Positions 45,908-55,768 of a DNA stretch of 64,000 nucleotides are shown here, piece by piece. The translations under genes and the position numbers were made by a program. The stretch comes from a virus. The DNA lies in the IMG/VR virus record IMGVR_UViG_3300009702_000023, positions 9,836-73,835 of that record. One strand, written 5' to 3'. Within the stretch, counting starts at the first letter, position 1, and each line of letters opens with the position of its first letter. The notes under the pieces are model-generated. The model saw only the letters and a program-made list of their open reading frames with translations, searched no databases and was not told where the DNA came from.

Positions 45908-45925
45908 AAAATAAAGGATTAAACT

Positions 45926-46228
45926 ATGTTCAAAGGATTGAAACAGTTCTGGGTTGATGGGAGCGTCAAAGGTTGGCATTTTCCTTTTGCATTTGACCCC
46001 CGAACTCAAAAACCATCAATAACTTTATTGTTTCCTTATATTACTTTCGTATTATCTGTAATATCAGTAATCGCTCTACATTTTAAACCAACCTTAATTA
46101 TTGCAACAACCACCACTCTAGTTTTTTGGGCAGTGTCTGTTGTATTTTATATGTTACGTAAATTATCAAAAGCAAAATTCGATTTAGATGACAAATCATT
46201 TGAACTAGAGTCAGGAGAAAAAAAATGA
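45926..46228 (+). CDS. Two-TM membrane protein
   Basis: DP.T.KPS.T followed by two TMs. Confidence 0.55.
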   Translation: MFKGLKQFWVDGSVKGWHFPFAFDPRTQKPSITLLFPYITFVLSVISVIALHFKPTLIIATTTTLVFWAVSVVFYMLRKLSKAKFDLDDKSFELESGEKK

Positions 46229-47145
46229 TGATGAATAGATTAAAAAGATTAAATGAACAGGTTTTGTCTTTTATGACAAGAAACATTGCTAAAATTATGG
46301 GAGTAGTGGTAGCCGCAGTACTGAGCTTATATGCATTTTCATATGTGCATTACAGCAGGCCAGAAACCGCAGCAGACTTTGCTAATGTATCAGTAATGAT
46401 AGTAAACCTGGCTGAAAATTCGGGGGGATCGGGGGTAATACTATCTTCTAGTCCGTTCCGCAGTAGAATTCTAACGAATAAACATATTTGTCGAATTATT
46501 GAAAAGGGCGGCTATGTTATTCACAATGGTCAAGAATTTATGGTTGATACATACAAAAAATATCCTAAACATGATTTATGCCTAATAACTGTTATTTATG
46601 ATTTAGGTGTAAATACAAAAGTTGCTAGTCATCGTCCTGCTAATTTTTCTGAAGTAAATGTAACTGGTCATCCCGGCCTTATGCCCCCAGTTTTAACTAA
46701 AGGTTATTTTTCTGGTAGAGAAAGAATTCAACTAATTACCGGCCTTAAAAAATGTACTGAAAAAACACCAATACGATATAGAATTTATTGCCTATTTTTC
46801 GGGGGTCTACCAATTGTCGAATCATTTGATGCCCAATTAGTAACTGCAACAATTTCACCAGGAAGCAGCGGTAGCGGCGTATTTAACAAAGAGGGCGAGT
46901 TATCTGGTTTGGTATTTGCTGGTCGCGGTAAAGGTTTGGGATATGGTTATATTGTTCCGCACGAATATATTGTTAATTTCTTAAGAGAAGAAAAACATAT
47001 TAAAGCTAAAAGAGCGGGCATGGGTTATAACTATAAAGACTTCTTTCAACGTATTTTTAATTTCCAAAATAAATGTCAGCAACACGATGTAAAATTTAAA
47101 AACCTTTGTAATTATGTGGAGACATATTTGATATGGAATATTTAG
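46225..47145 (+). CDS. Membrane-anchored trypsin-like serine protease
   Basis: GSG, LTNKH, HDLC, PGSSGSG. Confidence 0.85.
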   Translation: MMMNRLKRLNEQVLSFMTRNIAKIMGVVVAAVLSLYAFSYVHYSRPETAADFANVSVMIVNLAENSGGSGVILSSSPFRSRILTNKHICRIIEKGGYVIHNGQEFMVDTYKKYPKHDLCLITVIYDLGVNTKVASHRPANFSEVNVTGHPGLMPPVLTKGYFSGRERIQLITGLKKCTEKTPIRYRIYCLFFGGLPIVESFDAQLVTATISPGSSGSGVFNKEGELSGLVFAGRGKGLGYGYIVPHEYIVNFLREEKHIKAKRAGMGYNYKDFFQRIFNFQNKCQQHDVKFKNLCNYVETYLIWNI

Positions 47146-47402
47146 TAGGCTTATTAGTTCTCGCATTGGGGGCTATTTTTTATTATAAGAATAAATTTGA
47201 TAAAGCACATCTAGATACATTACTAAAAGATACATCAACTAAAGATGCTCAACTTAAAAAAGATCAAAAAGAAGTAGATCAATCTATTCTGGAAATGCAA
47301 AAAAGAATACGAGATCTTCGGGCTGAACGAGCTAAAAGACGTAAAGAGGCAGTATCAAAGACTAGAGAGGAACGGGCTAAGGATTGGAATAATGGACAAT
47401 AA
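47133..47402 (+). CDS. TM plus coiled-coil protein (spanin-like candidate)
   Basis: N-terminal TM and coiled coil. Confidence 0.35.
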   Translation: MEYLVGLLVLALGAIFYYKNKFDKAHLDTLLKDTSTKDAQLKKDQKEVDQSILEMQKRIRDLRAERAKRRKEAVSKTREERAKDWNNGQ

Positions 47403-47817
47403 TATCCGGATTACCTTAAATAGTCTCTCTATATTTCTTCTAAGTTTAGCTTTTATCTTTAATTCCTGTAATAAAGCACATGCATCTGAATGTGTTAAAC
47501 CTGTTCAAGTAATCTCGGAGAACCAAAAAGCTCAATGTTCAGGATTTTTGTTTTCAGATAAAGCAGAAAAAACTGCGGCCCAAGATCGAGATGACGCTAT
47601 CTATTATAAGAAATTAGTCCCACAATTAGAGCAATTGAATAAGCTAAAAACTGACGAAAACACAATCCTAAATAAAAGATTAGAACTATATATAACTGAA
47701 TCAAATGCATTAATAAAATATAAAGAAAGAACTGAAAATATGAAATTTTGGCAGCAAGCCAGTATGTTTTTTCTCGGAGTAATCGTTACAAGCGCGGCGG
47801 TGAATCTTGCCAGATAA
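47392..47817 (+). CDS. Signal plus coiled-coil plus C-terminal TM protein
   Basis: Topology inferred from hydropathy. Confidence 0.45.
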   Translation: MDNNIRITLNSLSIFLLSLAFIFNSCNKAHASECVKPVQVISENQKAQCSGFLFSDKAEKTAAQDRDDAIYYKKLVPQLEQLNKLKTDENTILNKRLELYITESNALIKYKERTENMKFWQQASMFFLGVIVTSAAVNLAR

Positions 47818-48193
47818 TGAATTAAATGATGAAGAACTTATTGAGATTTTAAAATCGTCTGATGAACCCATTGTTATAGAATCATTAGATGACGTGCATG
47901 AGTTTGTTTTAGCATTTAATATTAAAGAAGTGGAAGAAAAATCACATGTTCGTTGTAAAGATATTTATAATTTGTATAAAAAATGGCGAGCACAAAGCAT
48001 GTATATTCAATACTATAATATTTTTTTTAAGAAGTTTTCAAAACATTTTCAAAAATGCCATAATAGAAAATATGTATATTATAATCTAGACCCAAAACCT
48101 TTTGACTTGACTAATGAGGAATCTAAATACAATCTAGAAGAAGCAATTAAAAATAAACGGAAGAGAAATGCAAATGGGAAAGAAATCGACTAA
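47807..48193 (+). CDS. Winged-helix-like protein
   Basis: V.EF...V...DIY..YKKW...FFK.F resembles the D5 C-terminal wHTH. Confidence 0.45.
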   Translation: MPDNELNDEELIEILKSSDEPIVIESLDDVHEFVLAFNIKEVEEKSHVRCKDIYNLYKKWRAQSMYIQYYNIFFKKFSKHFQKCHNRKYVYYNLDPKPFDLTNEESKYNLEEAIKNKRKRNANGKEID

Positions 48194-48635
48194 AAGAAGT
48201 AAGCAAAAATATCCTTACTTAAAAAAGAGAGTCAATTCTAGGGTTCGTCAAGAAGTCATAGATTATGATTATATTGATAAATTGTCTGATGAAGAGAAAC
48301 AATGGTTAAATGATTTTAGCAGCGAATATTATGGTGCCGATGTTGGTAAACAAGCTGATGAAGGTAAGAATAATAGATTTATTAAAGGCCGAGATAAAGT
48401 AAAAGAAATTCAAGATGAAAATAATGCTCGCAATCGTGATTTATTTGGCCGAGTGAGGAACAAGGTCGGGGCTACTAAACTTTTAAATTATGATGATGTT
48501 ATTAATATAGTTGAGGAGTCTTTATCTAGAGACATCAATCCTGAAAATTTGGAGGATGCTTTGAATGAATTCCTAGACAAAAAATTTGTAGATAGCGGCA
48601 GTAACTCCAATGATAGTGGAAAGAAGTCCGAGTAA
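48168..48635 (+). CDS. Hypothetical protein, last middle gene
   Basis: ORF track. Confidence 0.6.
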   Translation: MQMGKKSTKRSKQKYPYLKKRVNSRVRQEVIDYDYIDKLSDEEKQWLNDFSSEYYGADVGKQADEGKNNRFIKGRDKVKEIQDENNARNRDLFGRVRNKVGATKLLNYDDVINIVEESLSRDINPENLEDALNEFLDKKFVDSGSNSNDSGKKSE

Positions 48636-48872
48636 TTTTAATGCACCATCTACTCTATTAACATGTTGTTTGATTGGTTCGATTTGTTTTTGAACATCTT
48701 TAATAGTATTTTCTGTATAAATTTCGTGTTTATCTAATCTATCTTCCTGTAAATCGCTTCTATATACGTGATGTTTTAATGTTTCATTTTGGGCCACAAG
48801 AATCTTATCAATAGAATCTAATCTATCGTCAAGTTTCTCTAACCGATCAAAAAGTTTATTTTGGAAGTCCAT
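48573..48872 (-). CDS. Coiled-coil plus C-terminal TM (XhlA/holin-like)
   Basis: Topology; last gene of late operon. Confidence 0.5.
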   Translation of the reverse strand: MDFQNKLFDRLEKLDDRLDSIDKILVAQNETLKHHVYRSDLQEDRLDKHEIYTENTIKDVQKQIEPIKQHVNRVDGALKLLGLLSTIIGVTAAIYKFFV

Positions 48873-51093
48873 CGCTTAAACCTTGTTCTTGTTCATTCCG
48901 TATAAGTTCCCTATATTGGGGATTTTGCATAATATTAAATAAAATAGCTTGTCGTGCTCTTTTTCTTAAATACGGAACTTTTCGTAATTCCGCTGCTAAT
49001 CTGCTACTTGATTGATCGCCACGTTGGGATAATTTAGCTGCTATTTTTTGTGCAAATTCCGGTGTTATATCTCTTACGGTTTCGCCAGCAGCTTTCATAG
49101 TTCGGCCAGCAATATTACCTACCGCTATTGGTGCGCCAGCTAGGCCAGTTCTGAGTGTTGTGCCAGATTTACCAGCAACAAGGGCCGGGGCCATTCTTTC
49201 GTAGGCTAAATCCATACGAGTTGCAACATCTTTTAATTTTGCTGATAATTGTCCAGCTAAGTTAGGATCAGCTTTTTGTAGTTCGCCAATAAATTCATCC
49301 ATAATAGCGCCATGTAGATTTCCAGCAGCAGTATCTTTTGCTATTTTATCAATCTTTGGCCCAAGATTTTTAATAACAGCAGCGGCCTTATCATTTCTAC
49401 TAATTCCTAAACTATCTAATGCATTCATAAAATCTGCATATGCTTGGTTCGCTTGTTGTACCCCCGGAATTTGGGTTTCAACAGTTTCTCCCAATTTATT
49501 TGTAATATCTAAAACTTGAGTTGCCCCTTCCCCTGTCATTGGTTTAGATCCAAATGGTGTATATTTTTGAAAGGTTTGTCGTAGTTTTCTTATTTCCGTA
49601 GGACTTACTTCAGGTTTAGGATTGACTCTTTCAATTACTTTTTTATATTTTGTAATCTCATTTTCGGGAACAATTTTTTGATATACTTTACCAGTATTCT
49701 TATCGTGAAATTGAAGAAAACTCAAATTACTTTCAGGATCTTTAACTAGTTGTATATCAGTTAAATCTGGATTTTGTATAATGTCTGCTATATTTTGTGT
49801 TCCTTCTTCTGTCAATTTTTGACTAACCATTGCAGGTTTATTTGCCTCAGTCATGACTTGTTCTGGTGGAGTAAATTCGGGGGGAGTACCGAGTGTTTGT
49901 GCCTGTTCTTTTGCTTGACGAGTTAATATCTTTTGTTCGGCAACATTTGTTGGTTCCCCGGCTTGGAGCTTAGCTTGTATTCCTGCCCGTTTTTGTTGCA
50001 TTTGAGTCATAGCTTTTTGTGCACCAGTTTCGGCGGGAACTAATCTTGTTACTTCTTTACCTTGCAGTTGATTATCAATAATGTCCATTAATTGCTTAGC
50101 TTCGGTAATATCAGTTGGGTCGGGACTAGTTTCAACTATAGATTGTAATTTTTGTTTTACACCATTAAGATCGTCAGCAACATTTATTGTAATACCTTTT
50201 TCTTCGGCATCTTTTAAAATATTTTCAATATTAGTATTTAAATCATTTCCCAATTGTTTCATTTGCGGTTGAATGCTTTTTAAAGTATCAACTAATTCGG
50301 CTGTTGCTTGTTTGCGAGCTTCGGGGCCATTTAGTAGTTGACCCATTTTGCCGCGTCTATATGATTCTAGGAGATTTTGATATGCATCAGTATTTTTAAT
50401 TGCCCTACTTAATTTTTGAGCACCCTTTGCTAATACAGGAAAAGCACCGCCAAGTGCTGCGCCATATTTGGCCCCTTGTTTTATATCTTCACCTAACATC
50501 CCAATATCAGGATTAGGTTTCATAAGCTCGGCTTCACTTTCGCCACCGCCGACTAAACCGCCAGTAGCAGCACCGGCAAGAGCACTTCGCACAATTTGTT
50601 GACCCAAGTTAGCACCTTTACCTATAAAAGACGTAGTTTCTCCCGCAGGTAATGCAAATCCCCCGGCCATTTCTGATGCGAATTCTGTTTTAGGATATTG
50701 TTCTTTTGCCGCTGTTTGACGGGCTCTTTGTAAATCGCGATATTCTTTATATAAATCACTATAAGATTTTTTTTCAGCAGGAATGCCCTCGATTTTTCCA
50801 CCTTGAGCTTTTATTTTAGCTAATACTTCAGGACTGAGATTTTTAGCAATAGCCTCGGCTGGTATATCCATTCCGCCAGTTTGTCGGGACAGATACTCAG
50901 ACCCCCCACCTAAAAGTCCAGCCAATTCATCAGAAAGCCCTAAAGTACCGCCGCGAGCTAAACCTGTTCCAGCAGCTTCTAATTGTGACAATTGTTGTTC
51001 TTGTGGGGGATTTAGTTGTTGATTTATATCAGAAGTTTGTTCAAATTCTGGTATAATTTCTTCAGTATCATTCCATTTAGGTGTATTGGCCAT
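48856..51093 (-). CDS. Internal virion/DNA ejection protein
   Basis: Large Ala/Gly/Gln-rich helical protein; G.TLG.SDEL motif; position after tail genes. Confidence 0.65.
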   Translation of the reverse strand: MANTPKWNDTEEIIPEFEQTSDINQQLNPPQEQQLSQLEAAGTGLARGGTLGLSDELAGLLGGGSEYLSRQTGGMDIPAEAIAKNLSPEVLAKIKAQGGKIEGIPAEKKSYSDLYKEYRDLQRARQTAAKEQYPKTEFASEMAGGFALPAGETTSFIGKGANLGQQIVRSALAGAATGGLVGGGESEAELMKPNPDIGMLGEDIKQGAKYGAALGGAFPVLAKGAQKLSRAIKNTDAYQNLLESYRRGKMGQLLNGPEARKQATAELVDTLKSIQPQMKQLGNDLNTNIENILKDAEEKGITINVADDLNGVKQKLQSIVETSPDPTDITEAKQLMDIIDNQLQGKEVTRLVPAETGAQKAMTQMQQKRAGIQAKLQAGEPTNVAEQKILTRQAKEQAQTLGTPPEFTPPEQVMTEANKPAMVSQKLTEEGTQNIADIIQNPDLTDIQLVKDPESNLSFLQFHDKNTGKVYQKIVPENEITKYKKVIERVNPKPEVSPTEIRKLRQTFQKYTPFGSKPMTGEGATQVLDITNKLGETVETQIPGVQQANQAYADFMNALDSLGISRNDKAAAVIKNLGPKIDKIAKDTAAGNLHGAIMDEFIGELQKADPNLAGQLSAKLKDVATRMDLAYERMAPALVAGKSGTTLRTGLAGAPIAVGNIAGRTMKAAGETVRDITPEFAQKIAAKLSQRGDQSSSRLAAELRKVPYLRKRARQAILFNIMQNPQYRELIRNEQEQGLSDGLPK

Positions 51094-52346
51094 TATTGTT
51101 CATACCTCAAAAATTTCTTTGTTTTTCTATCAAAGATTGCTATTCTTCCATCTTTAGTTTTTCTTTTTACTTCACCAGATTTTTCAGTTTCGCCAAAAGT
51201 AGTATATCCTAATAAACCTTTAATTGTGTGTTCTGGTAAAGTAGGATAAGCGGTGTGCATTCTGCTAGAAGCATTATGGTATACTCGACTAATATCGCCC
51301 TTTAATTTACCAGATAATTCCCCAATATTATTAGTAATATCTTTTAATGTTTCTGGCGAAATTTCGCCTTTCATACCACCAAGATAGTAATCTTTTAACT
51401 TTCGGCCCCAACTTTTTCCAGCAACATAACGAACAACATCAGTATCAGTTAAAACGCCAACTTCACCCATTGCTCTGGCAAGTTTTGTTCCTAAAGCAGC
51501 GACAGCCGCTTGATTTCCTGATCTAGCTAAATTAATTAAATGGTTCACATCATCAAACGCCATTCCTTGTTCTGTTGCCTTTTTAAATCTAGGATCATCT
51601 TTTAAGAACCCACGGGCCGTATTAATTTGTTGCTGATTAATCATATCTTTTTGTGCTTGTACTCGCCTAGCTTCTTCAGCTTTACGTTCTTTCAAAAGTT
51701 CTTCATTATGCCCCATCATATATTTTTGATATGGCGTCATATTGTCTTGAGGCTTTTTCATTTGTTGTAAAAGACCTTCTAATTCTGTAGCTGAGCGCCC
51801 TTGAATCATTTGTTCATATTCCGGGTATTTTTGTATAGATAATTCCTGAATAGATTTAGAATAAGCCGAATTAGGATCATTAGCTTTTTCTTTATTAGCT
51901 AAACCCAATTTAGCACTTTGATTTTTCATTTCTTGAAATTTTTGTGATAAATCTGATAATTTAGCTTTTCTTTGAGTTTCAACATTTTTAACTTCTTCTT
52001 GTGCCCGTTTTCCTAATAAACCTACGCCACTATAATCTGGCTTAAATTTACCACTTTGCCCCCCGGCTATTGCTTGACCAATTTGAAGTGCACCTTGTAA
52101 TAAACCAGCATTTCTAAGCATACTGTCTTTACTGGCCAGAGCGGCCTCTAGATCGCTTTGTGGGGGCTGTTGCGGCAATTGAGGTTCGGGGGCAAGGGTT
52201 GGTTCTGCGACCACTGATGGGGCTTCTGGGGCCGATGCCATTAAAGGAATTTCGGGGCCATTAGTTAATGGGACATTCTGATCTAGTGTCTGATCATCAG
52301 GATTTTTAAGTTTATTATATTGATTTATTAAATCTGTATAATTCAT
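51093..52346 (-). CDS. Internal virion/DNA ejection protein
   Basis: Helical; GVLTD.D motif; operon position. Confidence 0.6.
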   Translation of the reverse strand: MNYTDLINQYNKLKNPDDQTLDQNVPLTNGPEIPLMASAPEAPSVVAEPTLAPEPQLPQQPPQSDLEAALASKDSMLRNAGLLQGALQIGQAIAGGQSGKFKPDYSGVGLLGKRAQEEVKNVETQRKAKLSDLSQKFQEMKNQSAKLGLANKEKANDPNSAYSKSIQELSIQKYPEYEQMIQGRSATELEGLLQQMKKPQDNMTPYQKYMMGHNEELLKERKAEEARRVQAQKDMINQQQINTARGFLKDDPRFKKATEQGMAFDDVNHLINLARSGNQAAVAALGTKLARAMGEVGVLTDTDVVRYVAGKSWGRKLKDYYLGGMKGEISPETLKDITNNIGELSGKLKGDISRVYHNASSRMHTAYPTLPEHTIKGLLGYTTFGETEKSGEVKRKTKDGRIAIFDRKTKKFLRYEQ

Positions 52347-53413
52347 TATGGCATACCATTTATCATATAAGGGTGAATATTTGGGGCAGCAGCATTACCT
52401 ATAGTTGGCGGTTGACTTGGGGCAGGTGTATTACTTGTTGATTTGGGAGCGCTTGCTACCGCACCAATTATGCCGCCTATTCCGGCCCCTACCCCAGCAC
52501 CCATATTTGCGGTATTAGCGGCTTGATTAGCATAATTTTGGGCTTGATTTCCATATTGGCCAGCCATTCCGCCAGCTAATGCAATTTGTTGATTAAATCG
52601 TTGACCAGGTAAGGCGGCTCTATGAGTTTCGGCCTGTTGTTTTAACTGAGCATTCATATTTGCAATTTGTTGTGCATTTTGTAAATTAGTTAATTGTCCT
52701 GTATTTTGTCTATTAACATTTCTAGTTTTTAAATTTTGTTGATTGGCAGCATTCCATGCAGCGATTGCGTCAGCAGCTTTAGCTATGTCGGCTTGTTCTC
52801 CAAATTGTTGTCGCTCCATTTGACTACCGAGATTTGCAGATTGAGTTAATGCTTGTAACGCTCTTGCCTGGGCTTGTTGTGCTAATCTATCAGATGCTTC
52901 ACTACCACGTTGTGCAGATTGTTGGGAAGAATTAAGTTTCGCAGCTAATTCCATGCCACTTCCACCAGTACCACGTCTAGCCATTTCAGCAAGAATAGCA
53001 TTTTGTCTGGCTTGTTCTTGTTGGCTAACTTGACGTTGTAAACTTCTTTCAGCAGCTATATCACCGGGGGCTAATCCGGTTTGACCAAGTTCGGATAAAC
53101 TTCCTAAAGCTTGCATTTGGGCAGCACGTAATCTAGGATCAGTTGTTATTCCTGCCATTTCTGATGGACCAAGATTAACAAGTTGTTCTTGTTCAGGGGT
53201 ATATTGGCCTTGGCTTTGATACATCATTTCTGGTGTAAAATTATAAAGTTGCTCAGCTATAGTTGGTACTTTAATATTTGCATATTGTGCTAAGGCCTGA
53301 TTCATTGCATTATTAGCTGCATTTCGACTACCACGAGCGGCCTCATTACCAACTAATCCCCCGACGACTGGGGCAGCTACCATTAAACCTGCGGTTACTG
53401 GATCAACGCCCAT
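52346..53413 (-). CDS. Internal virion/pilot protein
   Basis: MGVDPVT...GGL.G start; A/Q-rich; Gly-zipper. Confidence 0.65.
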   Translation of the reverse strand: MGVDPVTAGLMVAAPVVGGLVGNEAARGSRNAANNAMNQALAQYANIKVPTIAEQLYNFTPEMMYQSQGQYTPEQEQLVNLGPSEMAGITTDPRLRAAQMQALGSLSELGQTGLAPGDIAAERSLQRQVSQQEQARQNAILAEMARRGTGGSGMELAAKLNSSQQSAQRGSEASDRLAQQAQARALQALTQSANLGSQMERQQFGEQADIAKAADAIAAWNAANQQNLKTRNVNRQNTGQLTNLQNAQQIANMNAQLKQQAETHRAALPGQRFNQQIALAGGMAGQYGNQAQNYANQAANTANMGAGVGAGIGGIIGAVASAPKSTSNTPAPSQPPTIGNAAAPNIHPYMINGMP

Positions 53414-53805
53414 TAAAAACCTCCACAAAGTAGTGTATGCTTATCAACTGTTCTAAAATTCTTTTTTTGAATCAATTTAGTTAATCCTTTCGAATTTGAT
53501 AAACTAATTATATTTTTTATATTATAATGATTAGCTAAAGCTAATAAACCCTCTATACAAAAATTAATAGCATTATATTTTTCTTTTAATCCGGCTTTGG
53601 GGTTTGTTGTTGTCCATGCAATCTGCCCCAAGTTACATCCGGCCATAATGTATAAAAAACTAGCACATATAGGGGTGTTATTATTATAAACAATAAAACC
53701 AAATGGACTTAAACTGTCTCGTTCCATAGAATTATGTTTATGTTCTTTCCACCACATATTAATTAAATTATAATGTTTTTCTTTATCAAATCTAATTAAT
53801 TTCAT
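53413..53805 (-). CDS. GNAT-fold tail assembly protein (T7 gp13-like position)
   Basis: Size, position and WTTTNP...L.....GF-like pattern. Confidence 0.5.
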   Translation of the reverse strand: MKLIRFDKEKHYNLINMWWKEHKHNSMERDSLSPFGFIVYNNNTPICASFLYIMAGCNLGQIAWTTTNPKAGLKEKYNAINFCIEGLLALANHYNIKNIISLSNSKGLTKLIQKKNFRTVDKHTLLCGGF

Positions 53806-55326
53806 TTATTTTATTGGGACAAAAGCTGGTCCCGTTTGTTCTCCATTTATTGCTGTTCCATTTTTAAGACTTGGGCCTAAAAGCGAATTCATTTGTTCCA
53901 ATGATACTGGTGCGCTATTAGCCGTAGTTGCATAAGGGCTGACTTGTTGCCAAATATTATTGCGCATAGTTGCGGCCTCTTCACCTAAAATATTTTGAAG
54001 GTCACTCAATCTATACTGACCATATGGATGTTCTTTATCTGTTATAGCACGAACTCTATTTGTTACGGTTATTGGGTCTAAATGGTATTTATCAACAATA
54101 GATCTTAATTCTCCGCCAGTTACTAGTGCTTTATTTAAATCGCCGTATTGTTGTCGCAGTTCATCTTGTCTTTGTTGATTTATATTATAATTATTAATTA
54201 GTGGCGCAAGTGTTTTTTGTAAAGCTTGTTTTTGCTCATTTATATTTTCTTGTAAAGCTTGTTGATTAACATTATATGGATTAGTATATGTTCCAATATC
54301 TTTTTGGCCAGCTAAATATCCACCCTCAGTGGTTCCCGATAATTGTTGTAATGCCCGAAGTCTTGCGACTTGTTCCGGAGATGCAACTCCAGCAGCAGTG
54401 GGAGTGTTGGCTGTAAGATATTCACCTAAATTTTGCCCAAAAGTTACAGTATCGGGTCTTAAACCAAAACTTGCTAAATCTTGTTTAGTTAATTGATTAG
54501 TTTTTATTCTACCTTGTAATTCTTGTAATGCTTGTGGGGCAGAAGCTTGTATATCTTTTAATTTTTGTTCAATATTACTTTGTATATTTTGTTGACCTTG
54601 GCCCAATAAACTATTTATCTCGCCACTTCTTTGATTTGCTAAATTTTGTAATGCAGCTTGATGGGCACTTACTTGCCCTTGAACTGCGCCTAATTGTTGG
54701 CCAGTTTGAGATGCCAAGTTGCCGAGTGTAGATTGTAATTGCTTTGTTTGTCCTGGAAGAGATTGTAAAAATAATTGATCTAATCTTTGTTGACCAGTTG
54801 AATAACTTGGTTGTCCAAAAGTTTTATTTAACAACTGGAATCGTCCTCGTTCACTACCAGCTAACTGTGCTTCATTTTGAAGATTTTGTTGCTGTTGTTG
54901 ATATTGATTTAAATTTAGTGCTGTGGGTTGTTGAGTTTGTTGCTGACGAAGTTGTTGGAATTGCTTTAATTGTTCTTGGTTTTTTAATATATCTTGAGGA
55001 TTTTGAAACGCCATTTTAACTGGTGATAATTCACTTGTTTTTTGTGTATTTTCATATTTACCAGTTGATTGATTATATGTTCCGGCACCAAGTTGAGATT
55101 CAGCTTGGGCAGTTTGTTGACTAAATTGATTTTGTGCAGCTTGAATCCCAGATTGAATTTGCCCAGCTTGGTGTCGAGCTTTTTGGGATATGTTTTGTGC
55201 TAGATTCGTTCCGGGGGCTTGAGCCTCAAGGTATTGGCGCACATTAGTAACTCGACCCGAACCTTTTTGCTCATGAATTGGGGCAGAAGCTGTGTTAGGT
55301 TGTGTTGGTTTGTATGTTGTAGCCAT
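53806..55326 (-). CDS. Gln-rich internal virion protein
   Basis: Q-rich coiled coil; Y..GQ..LD..L. Confidence 0.55.
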   Translation of the reverse strand: MATTYKPTQPNTASAPIHEQKGSGRVTNVRQYLEAQAPGTNLAQNISQKARHQAGQIQSGIQAAQNQFSQQTAQAESQLGAGTYNQSTGKYENTQKTSELSPVKMAFQNPQDILKNQEQLKQFQQLRQQQTQQPTALNLNQYQQQQQNLQNEAQLAGSERGRFQLLNKTFGQPSYSTGQQRLDQLFLQSLPGQTKQLQSTLGNLASQTGQQLGAVQGQVSAHQAALQNLANQRSGEINSLLGQGQQNIQSNIEQKLKDIQASAPQALQELQGRIKTNQLTKQDLASFGLRPDTVTFGQNLGEYLTANTPTAAGVASPEQVARLRALQQLSGTTEGGYLAGQKDIGTYTNPYNVNQQALQENINEQKQALQKTLAPLINNYNINQQRQDELRQQYGDLNKALVTGGELRSIVDKYHLDPITVTNRVRAITDKEHPYGQYRLSDLQNILGEEAATMRNNIWQQVSPYATTANSAPVSLEQMNSLLGPSLKNGTAINGEQTGPAFVPIK

Positions 55327-55341
55327 AAAAAAAATACTTCC

Positions 55342-55358
55342 TCAATAATATTTGTTAA
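55342..55358 (-). promoter_or_regulatory. Late promoter variant TTAACAAATATTATTGA
   Basis: Core identical; followed by GAGG RBS. Confidence 0.6.
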
Positions 55359-55765
55359 CCGAAAATCAAAAAAGTCAGTCTATACCGCGTATTAGCTGTC
55401 AATCCTTTTATATTACTTACTGAAACTATGCTAGTTGACTGAACAAATGTAGCAAAAGGTGTATTAACTGGTGGGGTGCCCGGTGAGTCTAAATCCTGAC
55501 ATCTAATACATGTCATACCTTGAATTCGAGTTAATAAATCTGACTTATATTTTGCTGGAGTTAGGGGGTTTCCGGTGCTATCAACTGTCACGGTCATTGT
55601 TATAATTTCTTGATTTAAATTATCAAAATCTATTCTTTTGTCTAATACATTAGCAACTTGTTCCATAAATGTATTAATAGGAAATGCCATTTTTGAGACC
55701 AATGCTTGATCTTCTTGGGCAAAATCTTCAGTAGTTATTCTGTTTAAATTTGGAACTCGACCCAT
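55355..55765 (-). CDS. Tail-associated hypothetical protein
   Basis: Follows nozzle gene. Confidence 0.5.
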   Translation of the reverse strand: MGRVPNLNRITTEDFAQEDQALVSKMAFPINTFMEQVANVLDKRIDFDNLNQEIITMTVTVDSTGNPLTPAKYKSDLLTRIQGMTCIRCQDLDSPGTPPVNTPFATFVQSTSIVSVSNIKGLTANTRYRLTFLIFG

Positions 55766-55768
55766 ATA

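Noticed and set aside
52130-52265. GC-rich patch as another hypermutation tract
   Set aside because: Explained by Pro/Ala-rich coding sequence.
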